NCBI GenBank assembly: GCA_032718475.1
Contig: JAUCBJ010006733.1
Coordinates: 1 to 56,359 of the forward strand
DNA length: 56,359 bases
Direction: 5' to 3'
DNA from: Nemertoderma westbladi
Taxonomy: Eukaryota > Animalia > Xenacoelomorpha
Positions 23,130 through 35,939 of this stretch are shown in pieces. A program made the position numbers and the translations under genes. The notes beneath the pieces are model-generated. The model had not been told where the DNA came from, made no database searches, and was given only the letters and a program-made list of their open reading frames with translations. Each line of letters begins with the position of its first letter. Positions within the stretch are counted from its first letter, which is position 1.

Positions 23130-24690
23130 AGTGAAACAAAATAGGAGTGGCAGCCAATGTCCTAAATATTCAACTAAACATCATCGCGTCATATTGATTT
23201 ATGCATATCCACCAAAATTATACTTCTAATTATGCCACAGAATGAACAATAGACTTATTAAAACCGCAATCATCGATTTAGTGGGTAGTGGGGGACAGAC
23301 TCATTGAAACCGCAATCATCGATTTAGTGGGTAGTGGGGGACAGACTCATTGAAACCGCAATCATCGATTTAGTAGGTAGTGGGGGACAGACTCATTGAA
23401 ACCGCAATCATCGATTTAGTGGGGGACAGACTCATTGAAACCGCACTCATCGATTTAGTAGGTAGTGGGGGACAGACTCATTGAAACCGCAATCATCGAT
23501 TTAGTGGGGGACAGACTCATTGAAACCGCACTCATCGATTTAGTGGGTAGTGGGGGACAGACTCATTGAAACCGCAATCATCGATTTAGTGGGGGACAGA
23601 CTCATTGAAACCGCACTCATCGATTTAGTGGGTAGTGGGGGACAGACTCATTGAAACCGCAATCATCGATTTAGTGGGTAATGGGGGACACCTTTAAATT
23701 AGAACTTCTAGAGTGAATAGTTACTGATTTGTTGCGAAAAAGGTGAATGGCGGCTTAATCTAACATAATATAAGGGCAAAGCGATGTAAGGACATCACCA
23801 AAAACAATGCTTCAAATTACCTTAGATAGTTTAGAAAAGGTTCATTCGACCTGTAATGATCTGAAAAGTTTGTGTATAGTGAAAACACCTTCAAAGTAAC
23901 AATATAGTAATAATTCTGAGTATGAATATTAGCGCAAGTGCAACAGGAAAAATCATCGTATTAAATTGAACCAGACGTTTCGATATATTACTTACATCAG
24001 TAATAGAGTAGTAATGTTATCGAGTTGGTGCACAAAAGGATGGCCGATTCAGTCTTCGGTGATAGACTTTAACTCGATTATATTATCACTCTTCTTTGAA
24101 AGTGTTTAGACTTCAAAACTATTAAATTGATTATTTCTGGTCGAATGAGCATCTTTTCAATTCTGAAAGATAATTAAAGTACGTTTTTTGGTGATATCCT
24201 TATATCGCTTTACCCTTTAATGTTTGGTCAAGTGGGCATAATTCATAATATCTCAGGAACTAATTACCCCAGTCATGATTTGAAGGTTTATACACCATTC
24301 TAAAGCGATGATTGCGGTTTCAATGACATTATTATGTGGCATAATTAGAAGTATAATATGTGGTGAATATGCATAAATCAATGTGACGCGATGATGTGAG
24401 TTGAACATGATAAATCCTTTTATGGAAATATCATTAAAATTATTCACTCTACTACCATTTTGAAGGAACCTCTACATGACATCGATCACTGCGGACTAAA
24501 TGAGCCTATTTTTGATCAAGAGGCATACATTTTTAGTGGATAAACAAATATCGTTTTGACGCGATGATGTTGAGTTGAACGTGACAAAGCCTTTTGAGCA
24601 ATATCCCGAGAACTATTCACTCTATTACTACTGTATTTTGAAGATGTCTACACCCATTACGTCTATCATTGCGGTTCGAATGAGCCTACG
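23130..24690. repeat. Degenerate foldback (inverted-repeat) region
   Basis: 23171-23281 pairs with ~24299-24403, 23771-23820 with ~24170-24220, and 24005-24026 with 24071-24092. The right side also has ~180-bp diverged direct repeats. Confidence 0.6.
23257..23690 (+). repeat. Minisatellite, 10 units of 46/39 bp
   Basis: Unit ATTGAAACCGCAATCATCGATTTAGT(GGGTAGT)GGGGGACAGACTC. Later units alternate 39/46 bp, giving an 85-bp higher-order unit. Confidence 0.95.
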
Positions 24691-25885
24691 ATTAGTATTT
24701 TACGGGTAGAAGAAGTTGGTCAACACTATCATTGAGTTTATCAGGCTGTCGCGCACAGTGTCGCTTTAGTGCAAAATGTTTAAGGTGCTTGTGCTCCTCA
24801 AGATATTGCTTTTTTGCAATAAAATTATCCAAAATGATTATTGACATGAAAAGGAACTCTTTGACTAACTTATATGAAAATTCTCAAACATTTTTGTTTT
24901 TGGCCCAGTATACTGGAATCCCCATACACCATTCCGCTATGGTTTTTAATTAGTTCACGTCATTTGCTTAAGAATTGTGTTTTTAATTCATCTAAACATT
25001 ATTAACTTTATTAAATAAATACCCTTTCTCTGCACGCTACTTCCATCTCCCCTCATTCCATGGAGTGCTTGATATTGACTCAGTTAACACCCCTATTACT
25101 CACGGGTCACCCACCAGTGTTGTGTGGAACATATTATCAGTATGATCTCGATTTTTTTAATATATTAATATTTTTAATAATGTTCTACATTATTTACGAT
25201 TTAATTTAAGATTATTGACGGCTCATAATACTGGAAAAGTGCTACTTTTACTTGTAACCATAAAACTTTCTAGAACATCTACAAAATCTACCTTCCTCTA
25301 TATATTATTAATATTAAATTATTTATATCGCCTCTAAGTGGCGCGTGGATAATTAATACGTTGGATTGAGAATAAGCAGGTCGATGGCTCAAATGCCAAT
25401 CATATCGAAACTTTTGTACATATCAAGTACAATCAGTTAGACTTACTGTAGTTACATAATTATCAATTAATTACAATAATTATACAGAATAAGATAGAAA
25501 TAAGCGCTATAAAATACTTTATAAGGATAAATTTAAGAAAATTAAAATTCTTCATATTTAAAAATTTAATAAAATGTCGACCAAAAAGTGAAAACCTGGT
25601 ATTCTTCACATATGGGAGCATGTTATGCGTTGAAATACTGCAGATACATCGTAAACGCGCGGAGTAACTACAGACTGGAGATAATTTGCAGTGCGATATA
25701 AAGTTGGAAAATAAGTCGCCCTGTGCCATTTGTTCGTGCAAAGTTATTCACATAAATAAAATATATATACAACTAAAACTATTACACATAGTTTTCAAGT
25801 ATAGTCTAATACTGGAGATGGATAGACTTTTCTCGCAAACATTACAGTTATAGTGTCTCTCCACCGCGGATACATTCGTGACGCG

Positions 25886-27409
25886 TTAACTCAACGAGTT
25901 GGGAGAGAGATTTCCCGCCCAGATGTCAGGCAAACAGTCGATACCTCGGTGATTCGGGGAGTGTAATAGTTTATGACGCGTTAGATGCCCGCTTTCCGTA
26001 AAGGCCTTCCCACAGGTGTCGCAGACGTGCGGTCGTTCTCCCGTGTGTGTGAGTTTGTGTACGTTTAGACTGCTTAGATGAGAAAACCGCTTGTAGCAGA
26101 TGTCGCATTTGTACGGGCGCTCGCCGGTGTGGGTGCGTTTGTGAATAATTAGGTTGCCTTTCCTTGCGAACGCTTTACCACAAGTATCACAGACATACGG
26201 CTGTTCCCCAGTGTGGATCAGGTGGTGTCTAGTTAGGTCACCATTCCTTGTAAACGCCTTACTACAAGTATTGCAGGAATACGGCTGTTCTCCTGTGTGG
26301 ATCCGTTGGTGTCGAATTAGATCGCTCTTCCTTGCGAATGCTTTATCACAAGTATAACAGCAGAAAGGCTTCACATTGGAGGGGCTATTCTCCACGAAGT
26401 CCTGTGATTGAATACCGGAAGGACCGGGTTGGTCGAAAAAGCGATTCATACGTCCGCTTGTTACGTCATTACCGGGAGTTAACATGTCAGAATCATCAGC
26501 TGAAAGATATGATTGGCTGCCGATATCAGTCACAGTCGTATATTCGGATAGCAACAGGTGGTTGTCGGTGTTAGGGAGGTGTAAGTCGCCCAGAGACTGT
26601 GTGGTGTTGGGAGTTGATGGGTTAGTGTCTGGAGGGAGACCCCAGTCTACAGCGCCGTTCAACTCGTTGTTACTGCTGTCAGCCGCACCTAAATATTCCG
26701 GTTCGTCTTCCGTCTTGAAGAACAGGATTTTCGGAGCATCTGACGAGTCTGGTACAGGTTGGGTAGAGTATTGGTTTGAGTCGGTGGTGGATACTGCGGG
26801 GGTATATAATAAGTTTTTATTAGTTAATAAAGTTGAACTGGCTGTATTTTGTCCTGATTCAGGATCAATGGGGTTTGGTCTGATGTCTATCGGATTCAGT
26901 CTGGGCCCCATCCGTATTTGTTGTTGTTGTTGGAGTTCTGTTTGGTTGATGTGTGACGTCACCACTGGCTGCATGTAGGAGGGTTTGGTACCGGTAATTG
27001 GCGTGCTATGACTCGAGTACCGGTATCGAGATTTTGGTTTATAACTCTTTCGAGTTACGGGATTCAGTCGGTACCTAAACGGCGTCGTCGCCGACGTCCT
27101 GAATGGTCTCTGCGACAGACTGGTCTCGCGGCACCCGGTTGCCGGGACAGCGGCTGGCGTCGGGTTGTAGGGCAAATCCGAAGTGGCGGATTCACCGTTA
27201 CACGCAGATGACAGAGATTGCTGCAACCATTCAGTAATATGACCTGATGTGCATTTCTTAACAACGTAGTAGTCTAGAAATCTCGAGTTCGCGTCCAGGT
27301 ATTCTTCGAGAAACGTGAGCACAAAAGATTCATTTTCGAAACAAATGGTCGCGAACATGGATTTAGTAATTACCAAGGCGGTGGCCGATTCATCACTAGT
27401 TTGTGCCAT
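25886..27409 (-). CDS. C2H2 zinc-finger protein (5 fingers with TGE[Q/R]P linkers), single exon, 507 aa
   Basis: Five CxxC..F.....L..H...H fingers at 25961-26365, a long S/T/P/N-rich linker and a helical N-terminal motif. The 1.5-kb ORF is uninterrupted. Confidence 0.9.
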   Translation of the reverse strand: MAQTSDESATALVITKSMFATICFENESFVLTFLEEYLDANSRFLDYYVVKKCTSGHITEWLQQSLSSACNGESATSDLPYNPTPAAVPATGCRETSLSQRPFRTSATTPFRYRLNPVTRKSYKPKSRYRYSSHSTPITGTKPSYMQPVVTSHINQTELQQQQQIRMGPRLNPIDIRPNPIDPESGQNTASSTLLTNKNLLYTPAVSTTDSNQYSTQPVPDSSDAPKILFFKTEDEPEYLGAADSSNNELNGAVDWGLPPDTNPSTPNTTQSLGDLHLPNTDNHLLLSEYTTVTDIGSQSYLSADDSDMLTPGNDVTSGRMNRFFDQPGPSGIQSQDFVENSPSNVKPFCCYTCDKAFARKSDLIRHQRIHTGEQPYSCNTCSKAFTRNGDLTRHHLIHTGEQPYVCDTCGKAFARKGNLIIHKRTHTGERPYKCDICYKRFSHLSSLNVHKLTHTGERPHVCDTCGKAFTESGHLTRHKLLHSPNHRGIDCLPDIWAGNLSPNSLS

Positions 27410-27696
27410 TACCTTTACCGGTACCGGTAGTTCAGAATTCAGGTTACAGTTTTAGAATAACTTTTATTGGCCTACGGAACCAATCTACAGGCTGACAAGC
27501 CTAAATACTGTAATGACCTGATGACTCTGGCAATCTCAGAATCTGGCTACTATCGGTACAGCAATAGGTTATAGATTAGGCCTACAGTGCTGCAGTAGAG
27601 TAGGCCTACTGTCAGACTGTAGGACAGTATTTGGAATAGGGCGATGCTATTATCTTGCTTTTAATAATAATAAGTGAATTGTTGTGGGGTGAGTGA

Positions 27697-27799
27697 TGGT
27701 GATAACCGGAAGTTTGAAACCTAGGTACGGAGTTCGAGCCCCAATAAGGGCGGTTGATATTTTTCGCTATGGAGAGCTTTATCATATTGTCCTATTACA
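27697..27799 (+). repeat. SINE-like fragment with a Pol III B-box; inverted copy at ~32428-32531
   Basis: GAGTTCGAGCCC B-box-like motif. ~100 bp is reverse-complementary to 32428-32531. Confidence 0.45.
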
Positions 27800-28038
27800 T
27801 TATCTTGCTTTTTGATTATTTAATTACCTATATACGGCTGTCCTGTATGTACGGCTACAGGCGACAACGAAAAATCTTATGGAGGCGCAGTCCTGCCAAG
27901 GCCGAAGGCCTATGAGCACAATGCCTAGCCAAGAACTACTGGTATCCTTTAGTTAGTGTATCACCTTGGGTTTGACACTCGCAGGGGACTGTCTAAAACC
28001 CGGGCCGGTCCCGGTCTCTGTCCACTGAACCTACTGCA

Positions 28039-31000
28039 GTACTACTACTACTACTGTAGGATCTGCATGCTGAATTGCAGCTGCATTTTTAAGAATGCTG
28101 TGCCGGCATGTCGACAAAATTGCGCCGCCACAACTCCCTATCACCCGGCATGACATTTGCTAGATCATCTGCATCTTCAAGCCAGTGTCCATTAAGATGC
28201 GTCTCAAGAAAGCCATGGGCTGTCCACCATGCTTATTCACTCCATGAGGCTGCCAAAGTACAAGATTATGCACTGGCTGGTCCTCACAGCGAAAGCAATG
28301 TCCTGCAAAGCGGAGGCGATTTTGTTCTAGTGTCAAGCTTGGGGGAACCAATGAGATACCTCCAATGTTATATAGTGTCTGGTTGGAGATGTGTGCATTG
28401 TACTTGACAAGAACCCGGCGTAGCATTCTTGTGAATGTGCCATCCAGAGATTTGGTGTTAGTTAGTTAGGCCCAGCATGGACTCCCATAGAGGAGTACTG
28501 GAACTACTGCTGCTCGAAATAATCGGACCTTAAGTTACCGATTAATTCTCGGTGACTTCCAAATCCTGGAAAGCCTATTCAAGGCTGCTCATGCCTTTCC
28601 CTTACGTATTCGAAGGTCCTCACCTGACTTCCGGATCCATGATCATAGGTAACAGAAGTCGTCCACATGCTCAAGCATGACTATAACACATGACCATAAC
28701 ATTTCAAATGGTTCTGTGTCACCGTCAACAGTAGCCCCAAGCATCGTAAACTGATCTGATTGCTGCAATAATTTCATCAGGAATCCCATATAATGAAAGT
28801 ATGCTGAACATACGTGAGCGGGAGACTGAATCAAAGGCCTTGAAGAAGTCAACAAAGATAACAGCCAGATGCCTGTCTTTCTTTTTTGATAACTCTGCAA
28901 TTATCCTTCTAAGTGCCAAAATGGGCTCCATGGTCACACGACCTTTACGGAACTTATTCTGATTTCCACGGAGCAGTCTCTCAATGGGATCCCTGATGCA
29001 ATTTAATATAATTCTATTGTATAGCTTTGAAGCAATCGAGATCAATGAGATTCCCCGAAAAGAACCATAGAGTGTCAGGTTGCCCGTCTTGGGAACTGGC
29101 ACTAACTTATTTGTTTTCATTTCTTGTGGGACTCTTGTTGTTCGGTACATGTCTAATATGATGGGATAGATGAGCTTTAAACACTCAGGTATTTTAAAGA
29201 CAGACCTCAGGGGAACACCATCTACTCCACTGGCACGATTGGTCTTAATGCTCTTTGCAGCAGCCTTCACTTCTGCAAAGGAGATATCGCCAATGGGAAT
29301 ATCTGGGAGTACAGACTCAGATACTTTACTTCTATAAAGTTATCAGGCAATACCCTGTCATTATTGAGGAGCTTTTCAAAGTGGGCCTTCCAACCATTGA
29401 GGCGATCGGGTGGTGATTCAGCCTTAACCTTGGTAGTTGGTTGGCTTTTCCGTCCAGTAAGCAAGTTGGTCGATTTCCATGGCTGGGATGATTGCCTGCT
29501 GTCGTCAGCATCATTGATGGCATCAATCTGTTGGTTTATTAGCTCCTGTAGATTAACAGAGTACTGCCTGTTCAGGGACCTAGACGCAGCCTTAACTGCA
29601 TTCTTGGCCGCTGTAATCTGTTTGAGTCGGGACTCTTTCTGCGCCTTATAGATGTAATTTCGGCATTTCTGAATTTTGTTGTCAGTCCAGGGGGCCCTTT
29701 TCCTGTTTCGTTGGTATACAGGAACTATTTCTGCAACTGCGAACTGCTTCTGTGAAGGCAGTATAGCCCTCGCAGTGATCTGCCGCCTCAGAGGCAAGAA
29801 CCTCATACCTGTTGCTCAGCTGTAGTGTGAAGCTGGATCTCAAACTTGGCTGTTGCAACAGAGAGGACCAGTCATGCCGCGGCAAGGCAGATTTCGTTGT
29901 TCTGCTAGCACGCAGACTAAGTCTTACCTTGGCCACAATAAGGCGGTGATCACTGGAGAAGGGTCGTAGTGTAAATGCATTACAGTCTTGCATAAAGCTC
30001 CTGTATTTCCTACGAAACAGGATATGGTCTATCTGGGACTTGTGACCACTGGGTCCACTATGAGACCATAGCTTTCCAGTTCGCTTCTTGAACTGGGTTC
30101 CAGCCGAAAACAATCCATTTCCAGAGATAAAATCCTGAAGATGGACGGAATTTCGGTTAACACTATTGCTATAGACCTAGGCCGATGTAGGTGATTGATG
30201 CAAGTCTCCCAGGAATGTTAAGAATGCATGCTGATCCACTCCATCAGTAGCTGCTTGTAGATTGTGGTAGAAATTGTCCACTTCCTCTACAGGGGCAACA
30301 CTAGTTGGAGAGTAGCACACAATCAGAACCACCTTAGAAAACTTCTTAGCCAGTCTTCCAGAACGTGAGAAGAGAAGGGGCAACGGATGATGCGGTTAGA
30401 GATTTGGTCTATTTTGTCCAATGCTGCATGTGCAGTTGGATTCATCAATAGACCAATTCCACCATTGCCACTATCATCTGCTGATGCGAGGGCGAGTCGC
30501 CAACCGCCCCACATGTCCTTAATCAGAACATCATCAGTCTGTCCAGTCTGCATTCGGTGCTCTTAAACACCCACTGCGCTAAGAGAAAGCTTATCTGCTA
30601 AGGCAGTTAGCTCACCTTGTCGCATTGGGGACCCGAGTGTTAGGGTGTTTACTGAGGCTAGTCTAGTGATTTGCCTCAGATTCACCAATGGCTTTGTTGG
30701 TCGGGGTGGAACATGAGAGTAACCTCCAACTCCAGAATCTCTCGCCCCCTCACAATCTGGCCTCCCTGGTGACCCAGGGTTTGGGCCAGAAAGGTCATCA
30801 TGGAAAGGGACTCAAAGAATTGTTGTCTGCTCTCTCTCCAGTAGGGGGTGAGACAGGCAGCCGGTCAGGAGATAAGTGAGGCCTTTGAGGCCGATTGCGT
30901 CCGGTAATTCCACTGGCCTCTAGTGGCCGGACCTCCGCATTACTAATGTAATCCATAGTGGCGGTTGGGGGGGGGGGGGGGGGGGTGCTTTTTTGCCGAG

Positions 31001-31420
31001 TCAGCTCTCGGGGCAAATACCACACCTTGGTTTGCCATTCCACAGGGTGGGTGTCGCAGTGGAGTCAGATATGAGGCCCATCACCCATATCTACTCTGGC
31101 GCACATGACCCACTATTGGCTGTGCAACTCATCTGCTGGGCCATGCCCTGTACCCATGCTGCCAGGTACAGGTCGCAGTGAAGTGCACTCAGAGTTGACA
31201 TGAGAACACTCTACTCCTGATCAGAAATTGGTAGATCACCTTCTGCCTGGCCAGGCCATATACCCCTGCAGCCAAGTATATGGGTCCTTAATACATGACC
31301 AAGGGCGTCCTTATCCCAGAACAAAGGGGGTCCTAGTTACAGGACCAGAGTTGCCCTAGTAAGAGGGTCTATGCAGCTATAGGTGGCAGCTCCTTTATGC
31401 TGCATGGAGGTGGCAAGTTT
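28039..31420 (-). mobile_element. Near full-length decayed RTE-clade LINE (APE endonuclease + RT)
   Basis: Endonuclease motifs ASVNTLTL, GNGGIGLL, VCYSPT, SQIDHIL, SDHRLI. RT motifs ASGVDGV, FRGISLISIASKLYN, FVDFFKAFDSV, DDFCYLG. Many frameshifts; the QGD/YADD block is deleted. (GTA)n tail at ~28039-28056; 5' boundary approximate. Confidence 0.85.
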
Positions 31421-31837
31421 TCATGATCAATGACCTAGAATACCTGACCTGACACGGGCAGGTCAAATTTTTGCCCGGTCCACGTGATAATTCCTAAAAC
31501 CCGGTCCATAAACTCGTGGTTTAAAAAATTTAATGACTAAAACCCGGTCTCGGTCTTAAAGTTAAAATGTCTAAAACCCGGTCCCATCACAGTCCAATTT
31601 TTTCTTACATTTTCATGATATTTTATGTTGTAATGTTTTTATGAGGGTGAGTACAAAACAAAAACCAAAGACCCAAAGACTAAAGACCTGTACAAAACAC
31701 ATGTGTTAACTTTCGTTTATTGTTTTGTAGAATAAATGTAGCGTATTCCTATGGGCTATTTGGTCACTATGGCGAGGCGTTTAACTCGACTCAGCTAAAT
31801 CCAGACTGTCTGTCTCCTTAGTTGCTCTGACTAAATA

Positions 31838-32117
31838 GTAAAGTAAAGTAAAGTAAAGTAAATTTTCTTCGGCCGCTAGGCCAGGTTACGCACAAAGTCA
31901 GACGACTTATTTCCAGTGCGGTCCCCCCAGAACTTTACCCCCAGAGGAAACTGCAGTACTCATTTAGCTACCACTTAAGGATGCAAGGCAGAGATGCGCT
32001 CTGGCTGGGCCCTTTAAAACATTCGCGCCGAAACGTAAACTGCCCTGGCCCATGTGAGGATCGAACCCACGACCTACACGATATGTGAATTCAATGCAAC
32101 CACTACACCAAGGTGGT
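31838..32117 (-). mobile_element. tRNA-derived SINE with (ACTTT)n tail
   Basis: Minus strand A-box TGGTGTAGTGG, B-box GGTTCGATCC, central AAATGAGTAC motif. Tail seen as (AAAGT)4 at ~31840-31860. Confidence 0.75.
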
Positions 32118-32567
32118 ACCTAAATGGCGGCTCGCTTTCATTTTTATTATTGACAGATTGCTAACTTACCCTGAGATGATTTTGGCCTTGCAGTAGTATG
32201 GTGGCCCATGGCTGCCACAATAAAACTCTTGATAAAATATTCAAATAATAAATAAGTGGGAAAAATATCTTGAAAAAAAATAAGTAAAATAAAATATCTT
32301 GAAAAAAATCTTCTTCTTATTCGTTTTGTCTGTAATCAATGATTAAATAATTAAATAAATAAGTATGTAGCATATTATGTATAATAATAATAAGTGAATT
32401 GTCGTGTGGCGAGTGGCAAATATACACTGTAAATAGGACAATATAATATTGCTCTCCATAGCGAAAAATATCAACCGGCCCTATTGGGGCTCGAACCCGG
32501 TACCTAGGTTTCAAACTTCTGGTTATCATCAGCCGGGTGTGATGCTCGTTGGTTTACAACGCAATAG

Positions 32568-32713
32568 TACGTTGAAATCAAACGCTATTCCAACTTTGAA
32601 ATCTAACGCTATTCTAACATGTCTGCTACGTTGAAATCTACAGTAACGCTATTCTAAAATATGTCTGCTACGTTGAAATCTAACGCTATTCTAACATGTC
32701 TGCTATGTTGAAA
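32568..32713 (+). repeat. Short tandem repeat (TACGTTGAAATCTAACGCTATTCTAACATGTCTGC-like)
   Basis: About 5 imperfect copies of TTGAAATCTAACGCTATTC. Confidence 0.8.
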
Positions 32714-32868
32714 TAATTCAATCTGTTAAATAATTTATTTGGTTGTTTTTAAATTAGAAAATTAAAATAAATTTAGATATATTGAAATTTAATTTAAAAT
32801 TTAAATCTTATAGAATTCCTGTTTTTTAGGATACCGGTATACCGATACCGAGGTTTTAGGATACCGAT

Positions 32869-33566
32869 ACGTAATTGAAGCATCCTCGTTAAGTAAGATA
32901 CACAATTTTACGGTAGCTAGTGTTTTAGGTAGGTTTAGCTAGTAATTTCGACACAGGTTCCGACGTCCTACTTCCCTCTATAAATATTTTGTAGTAGCTA
33001 GTTCTTATTACTATTTGTATAGAAAATGTTCCAGAAGATGTTAGCTACTCATTTTTTAAAAAAATGATGTTCTAGAACAAATATTTTGTTCTAGAACATT
33101 TTTTAGAAAAAAATCTGGATTATATTTAAAACGCATGGGATCGTTCTAAAACGTGTTTAAGATCAATAAAAATTTTTTTCAAAATCTTTTTTTAAAAAAT
33201 TTTTTTTCACAATATTTTTTTTCACAATATTTTTTTTTCACAATATTTTTTTTTCACAATTTTTTTTATTGATTTTAAACACGTTTTAGAACGATTCCAT
33301 GCGTTTTAAATAGAATCCAGATTAAAAAAAAAAATGTTCTAGAACAAAAAATATTTGTTCTAGAACATATTTTTTTTTAAAAATGAATAGCTAACATCTT
33401 CTGGAACATTTTCTATACAAATAGTAATAAGAACTAGCTACTACAAAATATTTATAGAGGGAAGTAGGATGTCGGAACCAGTGTCGAAATTACTAGCTAA
33501 ACCTATCTAAAACATTAGCTACCATAAAATTTTGTATCTTACTTAACGAGGATGCTTCAATTACGT
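32869..33566. mobile_element. Palindromic MITE/foldback element with ~310-bp arms
   Basis: ACGTAATTGAAGCATCCTCGTTAAGTAAGATAC... at the left end is reverse-complemented at the right end. The spacer has four (T)nCACAAT repeats. Confidence 0.85.
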
Positions 33567-33762
33567 CCATTGACCAAATTGCAGCAAATTAAAATTTATA
33601 GAACTCTCCCCATATCAAAATATCAAATAGTTGTAAAAAAATCTTGCCCCCAGTCACCGTCCCCAGTTAACTCGATGGCATGGCCTTGTATATAGTACGC
33701 CTTGACTGCAATACAGTATTGTCCCATAATTCTAAATAAAATGCTCACGAAAAATGCAATAA

Positions 33763-33941
33763 TTTTACTCTCGATATTTTTCAACACTCGATATTTTTAC
33801 TCTCGATATTTTTACTCTCGATATTTTTCAACACTCGATATTTTTACTCTCGATATTTTTCAACACTCGATATTTTTGCTCTCGATATTTTTCATTTCGC
33901 GTTATTTTTACTCTCGATAATTTTCAAGTCTTGATATTTTT
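33763..33941 (+). repeat. 15-18-bp tandem repeat (TTTTACTCTCGATAT / TTTTTCAACACTCGATAT)
   Basis: About 10 imperfect units. Confidence 0.85.
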
Positions 33942-35939
33942 CACCATTACCGTTTTTATCATACTCACCTGTGGACTTTAATAAATAATTCAATTACATA
34001 CATACTGTAGGTTGGTGATATGAATCATCCATTATTATTATGACTCATTCATGCAACATGTATGCCTATTGCTAGACCGCAAGAGTGAACTTACTGCTGT
34101 ACACTGTACTGTGTACAGTAGGCTACTGTCAGACTGTGGAAATCAGCAGCTACTACTGTATTGCTTTAGGTACTACTGTCTGACTGTACAGCTGTAAGAT
34201 GGTAAGACTGTACAGCTCAGCAGCTGTACATCTACAGTCTGACAGTACAGGCAGTACAGAAGTACTACTACTGTACTTGTATGCAGTACAAACAGCATAC
34301 AACAGTACAGTCTGACAGTGCAACCATCTGACTGTCAGACTGTCTGACCAACCCAGCCAAACAGAGTGTATACCGGTACTGGTATAGCCATGGCAGGCCT
34401 ACGTACTGACGTATACAGGTATAGCTGTCAGTCGATGTACGTTTATCTGTTTATGTCTCTTAGAGTCACTAGGACAGTAGGACTGCAGGATCAGGATGGA
34501 ATTGAGAAAACATTGAAATCAACACTTTATGTAAAATATACGGTAATCTACGGTCAGACGGTACCGTTAGCGTTAGGTCTACGGCTACCCAACCCGCATA
34601 CCCAGATACCCTGATACCTCAGTACCTGCTATCTGCCAATGCTGCCAACCCTCTAACGGTTAGCGGTACTGCGCTATGGAATCCACCCAAGAAGCGCCCC
34701 CCGTTCCCCGTACAGCCTGACAGCTGACAGCCGTAGCTCAGTAGCTGCATAGCATAGCGCAGTAGCGCGCCGACCAACACCAGAACACCACTACTGCACC
34801 ACCAATTTTTTATGCGCGCCGACAGCCGATGCAATTTCGACTGTTCGAAGCCTATATGGAATACTGACAAAAAGCGCGCCACACGCGTTCTGGTTAAACG
34901 AAAATCGCGCCAGCCATGATATCTAATGCGCGCCATGCCAACAATTGACCATGAAATTTTGCAGTAATTGCTTAGGCCTAATTGTAATAATTTATCAGTT
35001 TATAATTTTGTAGCCCTACGCTACAGTATGTTAACATTAAAATGCGAGCGTAGCGAGCACGGAAATTTTCCAATTATGTTAACATAAATACAGTGTAGAC
35101 GGTCTGACAGTAATAGTCAGATAGTGCTGTAGTTGTAGTAGGTCAACGTCAACTGCCTGTTTTTAAATGCAGATGTGATCAAGATGCGAGCGTAGCGAGC
35201 ACGAAAATTTTAACATTTAAATTTAACATTTAAAGTTGGCAAACCTACTGTTTTCAAATACAGAAATGCAGATGTCATTAAACTGCGAGCTGGCGCGAGC
35301 GTAGCGAGCACGGAATTCTGCTGTATCATGCAGGCTGTCATGGTTTTATTGGTTTGAAGAATCTGACAATTGAAAAACTTTTGAAACAATAAGTCATGTT
35401 TTTAATGGTCATGCTCAATCTGTCCGTTTCCATTTGTCCACAGCCAGACAGTACTAAGAGTAGACTTGTAGGCCTAGTATAAACACGAGCGAAGCGAGCG
35501 GACATTTTTCAATCTTTTTAAACCTATGGAATAATTTCAAATAGAGCTGTAGAGTGAAATGTGTTGCTAGTGCACTGCTACGCTACCTCCTACTGTCCTA
35601 ACCTAACCCTACATCGCTACACCCATATTCGCGCCAGGACCGTCAGGCAGTCAGGATCCTCAATGCGCGCCACACGCCCCTGTCACTACGCGCCAGGATC
35701 CTTAATCCGCGCCACACGCCCATGTCACTACGCGCCAGGATCCTTAATCCGCGCCACACATGTTGAGCAAACTCTACATAAATTCCAACCTGGGTTCGAA
35801 GCAAACCGAATAGTTCCAAAAAGGCACTTGGGCATTTTCCAGGTAGGGTAGGCCCTACTGCCTAGCCTACCTAAATAATTGCATCCATCTGTCCATCGTA
35901 AATGCCTTAGTGCAGTAGTGCATTAGGGCAACTGTCAGA

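Noticed and set aside
23257-23690. CRISPR-like repeat containing ATTGAAAC
   Set aside because: Head-to-tail units with no unique spacers.
23970-24002. Second hammerhead-like motif (CTGATG...GAAACGTC on the minus strand)
   Set aside because: The core is incomplete and there is no convincing stem II.
34770-35760. GCGCGCCA and GCGAGCGTAGCGAGC repeats as a defined transposon
   Set aside because: Typical TE subterminal motifs, but paired termini and a TSD could not be placed.
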